Shown here: piece by piece, positions 27,751 through 38,207 of the stretch | How positions within the stretch are numbered: the first letter of the stretch is position 1 | Layout: every line of letters begins with the position of its first letter | DNA from: a virus | Strand: one strand, 5' to 3' | DNA: 64,000 nucleotides | Virus record (IMG/VR): IMGVR_UViG_3300027782_000040 | Made by a program: the position numbers and the translations under genes | Notes under the pieces: model-generated | What the model was told of the DNA's origin: nothing | The model's database searches: none | The model's input: the letters and a program-made list of their open reading frames with translations, nothing else

Positions 27751-29796
27751 TTATGCTAGTCCTCCGGTCGCTTTAAGTAATCCTTGTGGTATTAGTACCA
27801 TTCCACCAACAACTGGAAACTTTAGCGTTTTTTTATTTGCGACGTGTACGTAAGAGTTATTATTCACTTCTTTAGTGTGTTGTTGAACTGTTGTTGCCAA
27901 AACACTTAATAAGTTATTATCTTTACCAAATATTGGTTGAGATGCGTTTATACCTTGTTCTTCTAATTGGTTCACAATATTAACAATAGTTCTAATACCA
28001 CTAAATCCTGATTTTTTATCGGCAAAGGAATCAATAATACCAGGAACTTCAAAATTAGGACCACCAAATAATGCAGCATCTATTGTTTTGTCAATCACAG
28101 TAAATAATGCGTTACAGTTATTAAGCTTTGTGTCCAACAGTCCACGTAATAAATTTATAATAGAAAGAATATAATCTCTATATTTTTTAATTTTTTCTTT
28201 TAATATATTATATGCTGTAATTTTTAAAAATTCAAGTAAATCTTTTTTAACCAATTTCCAAAACTCACTTATAAATTTCCATAAAATATCCTTAATTATT
28301 TTAAAAAATAATTTATGTAATTTTTTCATTATTTCTTTCGCCAATAAAACAACATTACCACCTGCTGAATTTACATATTTATAAATTATTACAATTGGTA
28401 ATATATACTTTGGTGATAAAATAGAACCAATTAATGCTTTAGGTAAGTTTAAAATATAATTGTTTAATAACGATATTTGAAAATTAACTAATGGTATTGT
28501 TCCACCGGCTTCTTGATATGACGTTGTTGCAGTATTTAAAAAGACGTCATTTACCGCATCATCTAAATTGTTTTTTGAAAGGTACACAAAATCTTCATAG
28601 TGTGATGGATTTGATGGTATTGTAAAATTATTACAGTCTGTAAATTTTAAAACTTTATTAAATCTATTCGCCTCGTCGTCTAAATCAATACCTTCCATAT
28701 CATCAAAATCAAAGAAAGATTCTATATCATCATCATCTTCATTAAATTGATTTTCCGCACTTTGATTTAATCCTTGACTTGGGTTATTACAAACCCTCAT
28801 CAATTTATTTAATAATCTATTTAAATCATTCATACCGATATCAAATAACGGGGGTTCAGATTTATCACCCTTCAAAACCATCATCGTTGCAGTTTTAACT
28901 ACCGCAGATAAATCTAACTGTTCAATATTACTATAATAATCATTAAAAAAACCACCAACAGTGGTTCCTGTTTGAGTTGTGGTTGTCATCCCTGTTAATC
29001 CAGATAATTCAAATTCTTGATTTGCTTCATCCCAATGTAAATCAAATAATTTTTTTTCATCAGATGTTTCAACCGATTGATCTGATGTAAATCCAGAATA
29101 TAATGTACGATTCATCTTAATTAATTTCCTATCTGGATTTTGTGGTTCATACACAATTTGACCACTATTACTAGTTGGGTTTACTGTCAAAACATTCATA
29201 AAATCAAATTCACCAGGACGTATAGTTAATGTATTACCCGTGATTGGTGTTGATGATCCACAAATACCATCACCAGCAAAAAGAATATTTTTAACATTAT
29301 CCATCACAATGTTTTTAGAAGACGTTATTGTTGTATTAATGGCTTCATGTGCTAAAAAATGTAATCTGTCTTTAGATACAAAGTTTTGTCTTGTAAATTT
29401 AGACCCGTAAGTTTTTTTAACTGTAAAAGTTGTAGATTTTTTTTTATCTAAAAAAGTATCAACCAAATCAAGAATTTGACTAAAAATATCAGTTTTTAAT
29501 TTTCCAGCATCTTTTTTCTTTTTTTTCTCTTTTAAATCTGTAATTTTTTTCTTTAATCTTTTTTTTGCGTCCGCAAGTAATGGACCATCTCCATTAAAAT
29601 CAATAATAGACCCAAAACCATCCTTATCTATAGTATTGTTAAAGTTCCACTTATCGGCAAATTCCTTAACAGCCCCAATTTTTCTTTTAATTTTAGCGAT
29701 TAAAATCTTTGTTTTACTTTTAGTTGGTAAATCATTTGCAGTCGCATATGAAAATGGAATAATTGGGTTACTACTAACATTAAAATATTCTCCCAT
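27751..29796 (-). CDS. hypothetical protein, probably virion/baseplate
   Basis: 681 aa ORF in the same operon as the gp5-like gene. Confidence 0.65.
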   Translation of the reverse strand: MGEYFNVSSNPIIPFSYATANDLPTKSKTKILIAKIKRKIGAVKEFADKWNFNNTIDKDGFGSIIDFNGDGPLLADAKKRLKKKITDLKEKKKKKDAGKLKTDIFSQILDLVDTFLDKKKSTTFTVKKTYGSKFTRQNFVSKDRLHFLAHEAINTTITSSKNIVMDNVKNILFAGDGICGSSTPITGNTLTIRPGEFDFMNVLTVNPTSNSGQIVYEPQNPDRKLIKMNRTLYSGFTSDQSVETSDEKKLFDLHWDEANQEFELSGLTGMTTTTQTGTTVGGFFNDYYSNIEQLDLSAVVKTATMMVLKGDKSEPPLFDIGMNDLNRLLNKLMRVCNNPSQGLNQSAENQFNEDDDDIESFFDFDDMEGIDLDDEANRFNKVLKFTDCNNFTIPSNPSHYEDFVYLSKNNLDDAVNDVFLNTATTSYQEAGGTIPLVNFQISLLNNYILNLPKALIGSILSPKYILPIVIIYKYVNSAGGNVVLLAKEIMKKLHKLFFKIIKDILWKFISEFWKLVKKDLLEFLKITAYNILKEKIKKYRDYILSIINLLRGLLDTKLNNCNALFTVIDKTIDAALFGGPNFEVPGIIDSFADKKSGFSGIRTIVNIVNQLEEQGINASQPIFGKDNNLLSVLATTVQQHTKEVNNNSYVHVANKKTLKFPVVGGMVLIPQGLLKATGGLA

Positions 29797-30173
29797 TATA
29801 ATGAATAATTATTTGGTTTATTATCTGAACCATCATTTACCAGTTTATCTAATAACTCCCTATCTTCATCTGACAATGTAAGTTTACCCATTGGACCACC
29901 TCCATTACCACCACTTGTAGTTTGTTTTAATAGTAAACTTTGTAATTTAACTAATGAAATTTTCTTCTCGGTACAATCGTTTAAAATCTTCTGTTGTTCT
30001 TTAATAACAGGTCCAATTGTACTCATATCTTCAGCGTCCTTCATAAATCCCATCATTTTTCTCAAAATTTGGGATGCAGTATTTCTATTCTCAACAACAT
30101 CGTTGTAGATTTCCTGCATTAGGGCTAACGCCGAATCAACATCTAAAGTAATATTGTTTCTTTGTGTTCTCAT
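29796..30173 (-). CDS. hypothetical protein
   Basis: 125 aa ORF with TATTTATA 3 nt upstream. Confidence 0.7.
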   Translation of the reverse strand: MRTQRNNITLDVDSALALMQEIYNDVVENRNTASQILRKMMGFMKDAEDMSTIGPVIKEQQKILNDCTEKKISLVKLQSLLLKQTTSGGNGGGPMGKLTLSDEDRELLDKLVNDGSDNKPNNYSL

Positions 30174-30187
30174 ATCTATAAATAGAT

Positions 30188-30886
30188 TTATTCTAAAAAT
30201 CCAACCAAAATACCGTCATACATCTTTTTAAAACGTTTTAGGGATACTCTAATCTCTTTTGTGGATAATGAGGTCATTTCTCGTAATGAGAGTAAGATAA
30301 GGTTCTTATTGAATTTATTACCATCACCAACTTGGAATATTTTATCAAAATTGCTAAAAATCTCTAACAATGCATATCCCAATTTTTGTTCGTTTTCTGT
30401 TAGGTTTTCCTTCTCAATAAAGTTTTCTAAAGAAATGGTTAATTTAATTATAACACTTTGGTAATCAATAATGTGTTCGTCAATAACATAAGACAAATCT
30501 TTCCTATCTTCAATATCGGATGATATGTCATCGTAAGATACTTGTCTATTCTGTTCTTTAGTGTCTTTCTGTATTGCCCCCATAAGGTAGTTTTTACAGA
30601 TAGTACCAAAGTATGAATACGCTTTAGTGTTCTTTGTGTGGTCGAATTTATTAATTTTAGTGATTAAAAAAGACATAGTATCGGTGTGAATTTCTTCAAA
30701 TTCCATATCCTTCCTATATAATTTATATCTTCTAATAATACTCTCAACCATAATAACTAATGGTTCTCTTAAAAACTCATTGAATATTTTGTTTTTTTCA
30801 TCTTCATCGGTACTCTCTAGATACTTAACGACGGCTTTTTCTTGATCCTCACCAAAGTATATTTTTTGGGTTCGTGGTCTCGGCAT
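30188..30886 (-). CDS. phage RNA polymerase sigma factor (gp55-like)
   Basis: Region 2-like KFDHTKNTKAYSYFGTICKNYL and a C-terminal HTH-like LREMTSLSTKEIRVSLKR. Confidence 0.75.
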   Translation of the reverse strand: MPRPRTQKIYFGEDQEKAVVKYLESTDEDEKNKIFNEFLREPLVIMVESIIRRYKLYRKDMEFEEIHTDTMSFLITKINKFDHTKNTKAYSYFGTICKNYLMGAIQKDTKEQNRQVSYDDISSDIEDRKDLSYVIDEHIIDYQSVIIKLTISLENFIEKENLTENEQKLGYALLEIFSNFDKIFQVGDGNKFNKNLILLSLREMTSLSTKEIRVSLKRFKKMYDGILVGFLE

Positions 30887-31666
30887 TTAAACTGTTTCAT
30901 AATTTACATCTCGTTTATTCTTAAAAAAGAATTCCTTTTTGGCCGTCTCCAACCAAAATTTAACCTCATTTTCTGACAGTTTTTGTTTTTCATTATTCTT
31001 GTAACTCCAAAATAATGAATCTTCTCTTAAGTTAACATGTTGATAACCAATTTTAGGAACTGTCATGACCCTAATACCATTGTGTGTTAATCTTAAAAAG
31101 AATTCGTATGCGAATGTTAATTTGATATTTTCTTTTAAGCTACCATTATCCTTAATAACTTGGGTTCTATATAAACCACCACTTATTTGATAATTTTGGA
31201 AATCTAATAATACTTCATTGTCAATGAATCCTTGCATTTCAGTAAAACCATATGCCCAAGCTGATTCATTTGTAAAACTTACAAATTTACCATCAGTATT
31301 AATGTCTCTTACAATAGGTAAAAATACATCAACATCTTTATAAATTTTCATATAATCGTTGATTGATTTTAACCAAATAGGTCTAAATTCATCATCAACT
31401 TCTAAAATAGTAAACCATTCAGTATCACATTTCTCAATACCTAAATTAACTTGTGAACAAAAATCTGTTTCACCTTTATTAACCACTATTTCAATTTCTA
31501 ATTTTTCAGAAAGATTTTCTAAATCTTTTTTTAATTTACTTGGACAAACAATTGATACTTTAACATCATTGTGGAAATCCTCAATAGACGATAACGCGTT
31601 ATCTAACATAACTTTATAATCGTCATCTAATTTATGTAAAGGTAAAATTACTGTTATATTTTTCAT
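30887..31666 (-). CDS. glycosyltransferase, GT-A fold (GT2-like)
   Basis: ITVILP N-terminus, NLGI...WFTILEVDD, and FFLRL. Confidence 0.8.
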   Translation of the reverse strand: MKNITVILPLHKLDDDYKVMLDNALSSIEDFHNDVKVSIVCPSKLKKDLENLSEKLEIEIVVNKGETDFCSQVNLGIEKCDTEWFTILEVDDEFRPIWLKSINDYMKIYKDVDVFLPIVRDINTDGKFVSFTNESAWAYGFTEMQGFIDNEVLLDFQNYQISGGLYRTQVIKDNGSLKENIKLTFAYEFFLRLTHNGIRVMTVPKIGYQHVNLREDSLFWSYKNNEKQKLSENEVKFWLETAKKEFFFKNKRDVNYETV

Positions 31667-31667
31667 A

Positions 31668-32732
31668 TTATACTGTTTCTTCTTGTTTTAATTTGTCTAA
31701 TGCTGATTGAATAGATTCAACTCTTTTATTTATTAATGAACCAAATATTGATAAAATATTATTTTTTGTAATTTCAGTGTCATAAGGTAATAACGTTTCT
31801 TTCATTTTATCTTTAACTTCATCAGTTAATTCAACACCCTCAATCCACGCTAAAATATATGAACCTAATAATTCAACTAATTTATTACCGTCGTATGTCC
31901 ACATACCATTTTCACTTAACCAATCTGGTTCAGTGTCAGGAATTTTACCAACTACAGGTACACCACATTTCATAGATTCTAATGGAAATGTACCGAACGT
32001 ACTTTCATCATCAACCCATACCGATACCATACATTCCTTTAAGTTTGACGAAAATTCATCATAAGACATTTGGACCATATCTCTAAATGTAATCCAACGT
32101 AATTGTGGAAACTTCAAATAAAATTCAGAAATTAATTTTCTATGTACCGCTCTATCTCTACAACTGATTGCCACATAAGGTTTTAATGGTAAATTAATTG
32201 GTTTAAAATCATCTCCGATAATCGGTGGAATAATATACACTAAACTTTCAGGGAAGTAATCTAAAATGTATTTTTTTGTACTTTCAGTTGTGGTAATAAC
32301 TTTATCAAATCCATATTCGCTATACCTACTACCAATTGGTAATGTCTCAAACATATATTCTTTTTGTTGTATCAATAAAACTTTAATACATCTAATACTT
32401 GATAATTGTTGTAATGTGTTTCCGTAATACTCGGGAACAACTAAAACATCTTCAATTTTAATTTCAACTTTATCTTCTTTGATAGATACAATCTCTAATT
32501 CACTATATTCTTCACTTAACCAAGAACTAACCCCAACATAGTTTTTATCTTCAACTAAAATTTTGGACTTTCTACCATTTCTATTAAGTGTTAATGCCAA
32601 ATCGTAAATGTATTTTACAGATGCTCTCGCGTTTGTTTTAGTGTCGTATGTTAAAAAATACACAACACTTTCATTGTTATTTAATCTACCTAAAGCAGAT
32701 TCTAATTTTTCTATGTTTTCGTTATTACTCAT
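31668..32732 (-). CDS. glycosyltransferase, GT-B fold
   Basis: STFGTFPLESMKCGVPVVG resembles the GT4 nucleotide-sugar binding motif. Confidence 0.7.
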   Translation of the reverse strand: MSNNENIEKLESALGRLNNNESVVYFLTYDTKTNARASVKYIYDLALTLNRNGRKSKILVEDKNYVGVSSWLSEEYSELEIVSIKEDKVEIKIEDVLVVPEYYGNTLQQLSSIRCIKVLLIQQKEYMFETLPIGSRYSEYGFDKVITTTESTKKYILDYFPESLVYIIPPIIGDDFKPINLPLKPYVAISCRDRAVHRKLISEFYLKFPQLRWITFRDMVQMSYDEFSSNLKECMVSVWVDDESTFGTFPLESMKCGVPVVGKIPDTEPDWLSENGMWTYDGNKLVELLGSYILAWIEGVELTDEVKDKMKETLLPYDTEITKNNILSIFGSLINKRVESIQSALDKLKQEETV

Positions 32733-33006
32733 CGTCTTCTATTAATATTTGATTTTTTATTAGTGTGTTAAATGCAATTTTAAATGATGTGGTTGTGTTG
32801 TTTTGTGCGAATTCACCAAGTTCTTCATCTACTTGTTCAAACTCGGCCAACACTCTATCTAAACACATTTTTATAATTTCATATTTGAAAATGTTTACCT
32901 CGGTAACATCTTCTCCATCCTCGTCTTTTATATTTTTTCCTGTTCTACATTTGTCTGTGACTCCGTCAAGGTCAATGTAGTAGGTTTTTCCAAAGATTTC
33001 AACCAT
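32725..33006 (-). CDS. hypothetical protein
   Basis: 93 aa ORF. Confidence 0.65.
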   Translation of the reverse strand: MVEIFGKTYYIDLDGVTDKCRTGKNIKDEDGEDVTEVNIFKYEIIKMCLDRVLAEFEQVDEELGEFAQNNTTTSFKIAFNTLIKNQILIEDDE

Positions 33007-33572
33007 GGTTCTTGTATTTCAGTTAATTTAGTTATTTCTTTTTTATTTGTAAAGTATTGATTATAAGTCGTGTTAAATTTAATTACAACTTTATCACTTG
33101 GACACGAGTCAACAATTTTTTTACAATCAGTAATCCAAACATCACACTTGTTCCAATTCTCATCTAAGTTTTCAGTTTTAATTGATTTAATATTGTTACC
33201 CATAAATCCATTTTTTGATAAGAAGAAAAGTGTTGCAGGTTTTGCTTTACCTAATTCATCTAAACCAACTAATGTAAAATTATGTTCTGGATTGTCAAAA
33301 ATCATTTTATGTAAATCCGTAAATGTGGTGGAATAACTCAATCCGGCGTGACCAAATATTTCAATTGGATACTCAACAAATAAAAAATATTCAAATTCTT
33401 CTTGTGATTGAAATTTATAAGAATTTAATAAATTATCGTTTTGAATTGGTTCCGTTATGTCGTATTCAAAGACATCTTCACTTTCACTATCTAAATAAGA
33501 ATCCTTATAATGAAAGTCAAATTTTTGAATTGTGTTTCTTATAACACCATCTATACTAATAAAAATTTCCAT
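32928..33572 (-). CDS. HAD-fold 5'(3')-nucleotidase-like protein (degenerate motif)
   Basis: ISIDGVIRN start, DVWITD and YN motifs. Likely start at 33572. Confidence 0.55.
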   Translation of the reverse strand: MEIFISIDGVIRNTIQKFDFHYKDSYLDSESEDVFEYDITEPIQNDNLLNSYKFQSQEEFEYFLFVEYPIEIFGHAGLSYSTTFTDLHKMIFDNPEHNFTLVGLDELGKAKPATLFFLSKNGFMGNNIKSIKTENLDENWNKCDVWITDCKKIVDSCPSDKVVIKFNTTYNQYFTNKKEITKLTEIQEPWLKSLEKPTTLTLTESQTNVEQEKI

Positions 33573-33612
33573 AATAAAAATATAACACATTCATAATCAT
33601 AAGTAAATAATA

Positions 33613-33644
33613 AACCCACACCATTATGATAAACGGTGTGGGTT
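33613..33644 (-). terminator. stem-loop downstream of phoH
   Basis: AACCCACACC...GGTGTGGGTT 10-bp inverted repeat; weak U tract. Confidence 0.5.
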
Positions 33645-33668
33645 CAATTATATAATCTAATAATTATT

Positions 33669-34400
33669 TTAATCGTATCTATTCAATATTTCACCAATGA
33701 TTGGGTTTCGTACAATGTCTTGCATTCCAAATTCAAAAATCCCAATTCCCTTAACATCTTGTAATCTCATTTTAGCATCAAATAAACCAGATTTAGTTTT
33801 ATCTCTAAATTTATCTGATTGTTCCAAATCACCTGATAAGAAAAATTTGGAATTAAATCCAATACGAGTTAATAATAACTTAATCTGTGATGGGGTGGCA
33901 TTTTGTGCTTCCTCAAAAACAAGGATTGTATTATCTACGTTCCAACCTCTCATGTAAGCGAGTGCGGCAACTTCAATATAACCTTGGTCTTTTAGTTCTT
34001 CTCTCGCTTCCTTACCAATAATCTTATTTAAAAGGTAATATGACGGATAAATGTATGGGTCTAATTTCTCCTCTAAACCCCCTGGAAGTGACCCTAATTT
34101 CTCTTCAGCTTCAACTGCGGGCCTAACTATGATAATCTTCTCATACTTGTTAGAATCGTCGTATAATAGGTCCACAGCACGTTTCATTGCTATGTAGGAC
34201 TTACCTACACCTGCGGGACCGAAACATAATGTTATTTGATTTTCTCCAAGAATGTTCCAATAAATTTCTTGGTTTTTCGTTAGGAACTTTTCTTTAGGAC
34301 GTTTGATGATTTGTCTTATCCTATCCTTATGTGATATCTTCTTCTCTTCTACTAATACGGGTGGGTGGTTGGTTGTTTTGGTTCTAGTTTTATATGCCAA
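33669..34400 (-). CDS. phoH: PhoH-like ATPase
   Basis: GPAGVGKS, RPAVE, LGSLPG, YMRG, EEAQN, LLTRIG, GDLEQSD and IVRNP motifs. Confidence 0.95.
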   Translation of the reverse strand: MAYKTRTKTTNHPPVLVEEKKISHKDRIRQIIKRPKEKFLTKNQEIYWNILGENQITLCFGPAGVGKSYIAMKRAVDLLYDDSNKYEKIIIVRPAVEAEEKLGSLPGGLEEKLDPYIYPSYYLLNKIIGKEAREELKDQGYIEVAALAYMRGWNVDNTILVFEEAQNATPSQIKLLLTRIGFNSKFFLSGDLEQSDKFRDKTKSGLFDAKMRLQDVKGIGIFEFGMQDIVRNPIIGEILNRYD

Positions 34401-34443
34401 AATTGATAGTTTTAAAAGTTCTGTTTATTGTTTATAAATATCA

Positions 34444-35097
34444 TCAAACACCGGTAGATCCAAATCCTCCCTCGCCTCTTTCTGTATTAGATAATTCAGG
34501 AACCTCCGTCATATATATGGTAGGATAAGGTAATATGATGATTTGAGCTCCTCTATCTCCAACTTTGTATTTAATTGAGTCCAAACCATTTGTTTTCTTA
34601 AAGGTGGCTTGTAATTCTCCTCTATATCCACTATCAATTACACCAACACAATTTGATAATATTAAATCTTGGTTTCTAACTGAAGAACGAGGGAATACTA
34701 ACCCAACATAACCTTTAGGAATTTCTATTGCAATACCAAATCCATATGATACGCTAAATGATGTATTTTCAATTTCTTTTGTGATTGTTAAATCCATACC
34801 AGCATCCCCAACTTTTGAATATGATGGAATTACAGCTTCAGGAACTAATTTTTTAACTTTAACTAAAGTACCACCTCCCGTCATTGTTGGTTGAGTGTTA
34901 ATTATGTTTTGTCTGTTAACAGGGGTATTAATATTTTTTGAAACTTCGTCATTAGTAATTTCACCAGATAATTTATTTAGAACTTCTTCTAACTCACTTA
35001 AATAACTCATATCCTGACTTTCATCAGTATCGTCATTAAGTGTTTTTTCAATCTCTTCTAATTTTTTTAGGTACTGTTCTATTTCTTCTTTTTCCAT
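34444..35097 (-). CDS. dut: dUTPase with an acidic N-terminal extension
   Basis: AGMDL, PRSS, GVIDSGYRGE, AQ and RGEGGFGSTG motifs. Confidence 0.95.
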   Translation of the reverse strand: MEKEEIEQYLKKLEEIEKTLNDDTDESQDMSYLSELEEVLNKLSGEITNDEVSKNINTPVNRQNIINTQPTMTGGGTLVKVKKLVPEAVIPSYSKVGDAGMDLTITKEIENTSFSVSYGFGIAIEIPKGYVGLVFPRSSVRNQDLILSNCVGVIDSGYRGELQATFKKTNGLDSIKYKVGDRGAQIIILPYPTIYMTEVPELSNTERGEGGFGSTGV

Positions 35098-35098
35098 T

Positions 35099-35311
35099 TT
35101 ATTTTTTCTTTTCTTCCAACCATTTATCTAACGCCTTTATTCTTCTTTTAAGGTCATCATCTTGGGGTCTTAAACATATTTCTACGAATAAATCAGTTAT
35201 TCGAATTAATTCTTCTAAAGTAACAGAAACACCAACTGTTGTGACATACTCTAAAGCCATTTTACTTTGTGATTGACGCATAATTTGTATTTCACGACTA
35301 TAGAATTCCAT
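35099..35311 (-). CDS. hypothetical protein
   Basis: 70 aa ORF. Confidence 0.6.
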   Translation of the reverse strand: MEFYSREIQIMRQSQSKMALEYVTTVGVSVTLEELIRITDLFVEICLRPQDDDLKRRIKALDKWLEEKKK

Positions 35312-35330
35312 ATCAGTTGGTGTTTAATTG

Positions 35331-35567
35331 TTATTTACTTTTGTAATACTCTGGTGTGTTCTTACTGTCAATGATACATTCAATTGCCATTTTTGCAACT
35401 GAAATACTTTCACTTGAACGTGTGTCACCAGCTCTGTATTTTGATGCAACAATGGTTGCCTCTTCTACTGATTCCGCTTCGATAATGTACTTGTACTTTT
35501 TAACACGAGGGTTTCCTTCTCTGTCCATTTGTTCGGTTTCATAACCGATTGTAACTAAATAATGCAT
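35331..35567 (-). CDS. hypothetical protein (resembles the Bacteroidota DUF4494 N-terminal domain)
   Basis: YLVTIGYE...G...KYIIEAESVEEA pattern. Confidence 0.55.
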   Translation of the reverse strand: MHYLVTIGYETEQMDREGNPRVKKYKYIIEAESVEEATIVASKYRAGDTRSSESISVAKMAIECIIDSKNTPEYYKSK

Positions 35568-35573
35568 GTTGTT

Positions 35574-36794
35574 TTATTTTATTATTGATTTAAAAAATTC
35601 TACTCTATCTTGACAAACTTTTTTTAATGAATATTTGTCTTTAACTGTTTCATATAAACGATTACCTAAATCTTCAATCATATTTGGATTTTCAACTAAA
35701 CGTTTCATATGTTTTGCCCAATCCTTATGATTTCTTCTTGGGTTAACTAATAATGCGTTACCGTTATCATTAAACTTACCGTCGTTAATTGCTGAAATTA
35801 AATCTAATGTATATGGGTCAGTTTCACTTGCAATAATTGCTTTCTTATGAAACCCCGCTTCAATAACTTTTAATTGTGATTTGTTAGCGTTAAATTGAGA
35901 TTCAACTAATGGTGCCAAAGACACATCAAATGTATTATAATTTGATGCATATGTTTTAATGTCCTTTGTCCACCTTCTTCTATATGATTCATTTTCATCA
36001 TCATATGGCGTATCAACAAATGTATTTAAAAAACTTTTATATTGAGGACTTAATACTTTATAATCTTCAGTAAAGAATTTTTCATACTTATACCAAACAG
36101 TTTCTGTTGGTTGAATTGAACGTTGTCTTTGTTTTCCTTCTTGGTCAATTTCAGTCACAGTACCTCTTAAGTCAAACCCACATAACACAAATTGTACTTT
36201 ATCTTTGAAACTGTTATGTGTTGAAGAAATACCATTTGACATTAATTCAATATCATGTAAATGTGATGAACCACCTAACCAACCAAATCTAATTTTATCT
36301 GACTTAATTGTTTCTCTTTTAAACTGAGGTTCATCTTCATTAACCGCATTTGGAAAAATTTCAATATTTTTTATATGTAATTTATCTTTGATGGTTTTAG
36401 TGAAAATTGGTGTTGTCGTTGTAACATAATCAACTACTTTTAACATGTCAATTTTCATTTCACCAATCTTAGATGCTTTAACGTGATGATACATTGGGTG
36501 TCTTTGATCAACAAACCACAAATCATCAATATCCATAATAACTTTAATACCTTTGGATTGTAACCATTTTATTCTTCCAATGTTTTGTTCGTGATTTGTT
36601 TGATGTATGAATGTATGAAATACGACGATATCGTAATTTAAAAAATATTCATCATTGTTATCTGCATTATATGAGATATCAACATGGACATCATCCGAAT
36701 GATTATCACCAATAAATTGGTAAGGGTCCATCATCCTAAACTTACCTACTCCGTGTTTATCCGAGGGAATTGCTAAAATTCTAATTTTTGACAT
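35574..36794 (-). CDS. glycosyltransferase, GT-B fold (GT4-like)
   Basis: MDIDD, PNAV, GWLGGSSH, DVSLAPL and FNANKSQLKVIEAG motifs. Confidence 0.85.
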   Translation of the reverse strand: MSKIRILAIPSDKHGVGKFRMMDPYQFIGDNHSDDVHVDISYNADNNDEYFLNYDIVVFHTFIHQTNHEQNIGRIKWLQSKGIKVIMDIDDLWFVDQRHPMYHHVKASKIGEMKIDMLKVVDYVTTTTPIFTKTIKDKLHIKNIEIFPNAVNEDEPQFKRETIKSDKIRFGWLGGSSHLHDIELMSNGISSTHNSFKDKVQFVLCGFDLRGTVTEIDQEGKQRQRSIQPTETVWYKYEKFFTEDYKVLSPQYKSFLNTFVDTPYDDENESYRRRWTKDIKTYASNYNTFDVSLAPLVESQFNANKSQLKVIEAGFHKKAIIASETDPYTLDLISAINDGKFNDNGNALLVNPRRNHKDWAKHMKRLVENPNMIEDLGNRLYETVKDKYSLKKVCQDRVEFFKSIIK

Positions 36795-36845
36795 TAATTA
36801 CTATTATATGTCTATAATATAAGAAATAAAAATGAGAAAACAAAA

Positions 36846-37418
36846 TTACTTTGCTTTATTTACGCCAGTGATTTTACCTTTGAATATGGAATCACCCACT
36901 TTTAATACTAAATTTTCGTTAATTGACGCAGTGGTTGATGCTGATAATATTTGATTTAACTTTTCGTCCATTACTTTACGAACTGTATTTTCAATAAGTG
37001 TGGCAATTGCCCCCATATCAATATTATTATTATATTGTACTACTTGTTTTTGTTGTGGTTGTTTTTTACCAACACCTTCTTGTTCCATTAATCTTTTAGC
37101 ACCTTTTAAGAAATCCATATCAAGTGTGTCATTTAAAGATATTTGTTGAATTGGATTCTCAATCATTGCTTTTTTAATTGCGTCAGGTAATTTAGAATTT
37201 TGTATTTTATCAACTGACGGCATTCCCATTTGTTTTGTAGAAGATTGTTGTGGTAAATCTTGACTATTCATTAAATCTTCAGGGTTAGACCTTAACATTT
37301 CTTCATTTACATGACCTCTTTCGTAGTTTCCGCCGTCTACTTTATTCATAACCTTTTTAGCGTTAACTAATTTTTGCATTAAATCGTTAGATGATATTGT
37401 TCCTTTTCCTTGTGACAT
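36846..37418 (-). CDS. hypothetical protein
   Basis: 190 aa ORF with TATTTATT 3 nt upstream. Confidence 0.7.
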   Translation of the reverse strand: MSQGKGTISSNDLMQKLVNAKKVMNKVDGGNYERGHVNEEMLRSNPEDLMNSQDLPQQSSTKQMGMPSVDKIQNSKLPDAIKKAMIENPIQQISLNDTLDMDFLKGAKRLMEQEGVGKKQPQQKQVVQYNNNIDMGAIATLIENTVRKVMDEKLNQILSASTTASINENLVLKVGDSIFKGKITGVNKAK

Positions 37419-37451
37419 ACTAATAAATATTTTATTTTAATATAATATTTT

Positions 37452-38207
37452 TTATGAAAACATTAAACGCTTAATGTTTTTAATACTTTCTTGAAGTTTT
37501 TTATTTTCATCCTCTTCTGGATTAACTTCAGGTTTTTCCTGTGGTTTTGGTTGAGGAGGTTCTTGTGTTTTAGGTTCTTCGGGTGTTGGTTGAGTCGGTT
37601 CTTTCGGTGGCGTTGGTGTCTTTGTTGGTTTTGTTTGTGGTGTTGGTTGTGGTAATTCTGTTGGTGTTGGTTCCGTAGGTTCAGTAGGTTTAACTTCAGG
37701 CTCAACTGGTTGAGGTTCTGTAGGTTGTGGTTGAACTGGTTTAGGTGTTGGTTTACTAACTGTAGGTTTAACAATCCTTGGTTTTTTAACTTCAGGTTTA
37801 TTTGTCCAATCAGCAGTTACATAAGTAACACTCATAGATTTATCATCACCTTCTTTATAGTCAGGTCTTTTTTGGTCAAACTTACTATCACTAACCTTTA
37901 AATTACTCATACGACCAACCATAAAAGTTCTCCAACCTGTTTTATCAAATCCTTTTTTGGATACTGATGGTGGTTGAACATACGCACGAACAACTAAATT
38001 ACCTTTTTTATTTAAACCTAATGCAACAGCTTCTGCGTCAATTCTATTACCTGGTTTAACACTATTTTTTGCGGGTTTTCTTGGACCACTATAAAAAAAA
38101 GATATTTTATTCCTACTTTTGATTGCGTCAACAATAGGTTTTGTTTTAGTCGTCTTTAATATATTTTGTTCTTCAATAACATCGAAGAATGTTTGATTAA
38201 AATTCAT
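37452..38207 (-). CDS. WYL-like domain protein with a Pro/Thr/Glu-rich tail
   Basis: AIKSRNKISFFY...R...E...LG...VRAY...GWRTFMVGRM pattern. Confidence 0.65.
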   Translation of the reverse strand: MNFNQTFFDVIEEQNILKTTKTKPIVDAIKSRNKISFFYSGPRKPAKNSVKPGNRIDAEAVALGLNKKGNLVVRAYVQPPSVSKKGFDKTGWRTFMVGRMSNLKVSDSKFDQKRPDYKEGDDKSMSVTYVTADWTNKPEVKKPRIVKPTVSKPTPKPVQPQPTEPQPVEPEVKPTEPTEPTPTELPQPTPQTKPTKTPTPPKEPTQPTPEEPKTQEPPQPKPQEKPEVNPEEDENKKLQESIKNIKRLMFS

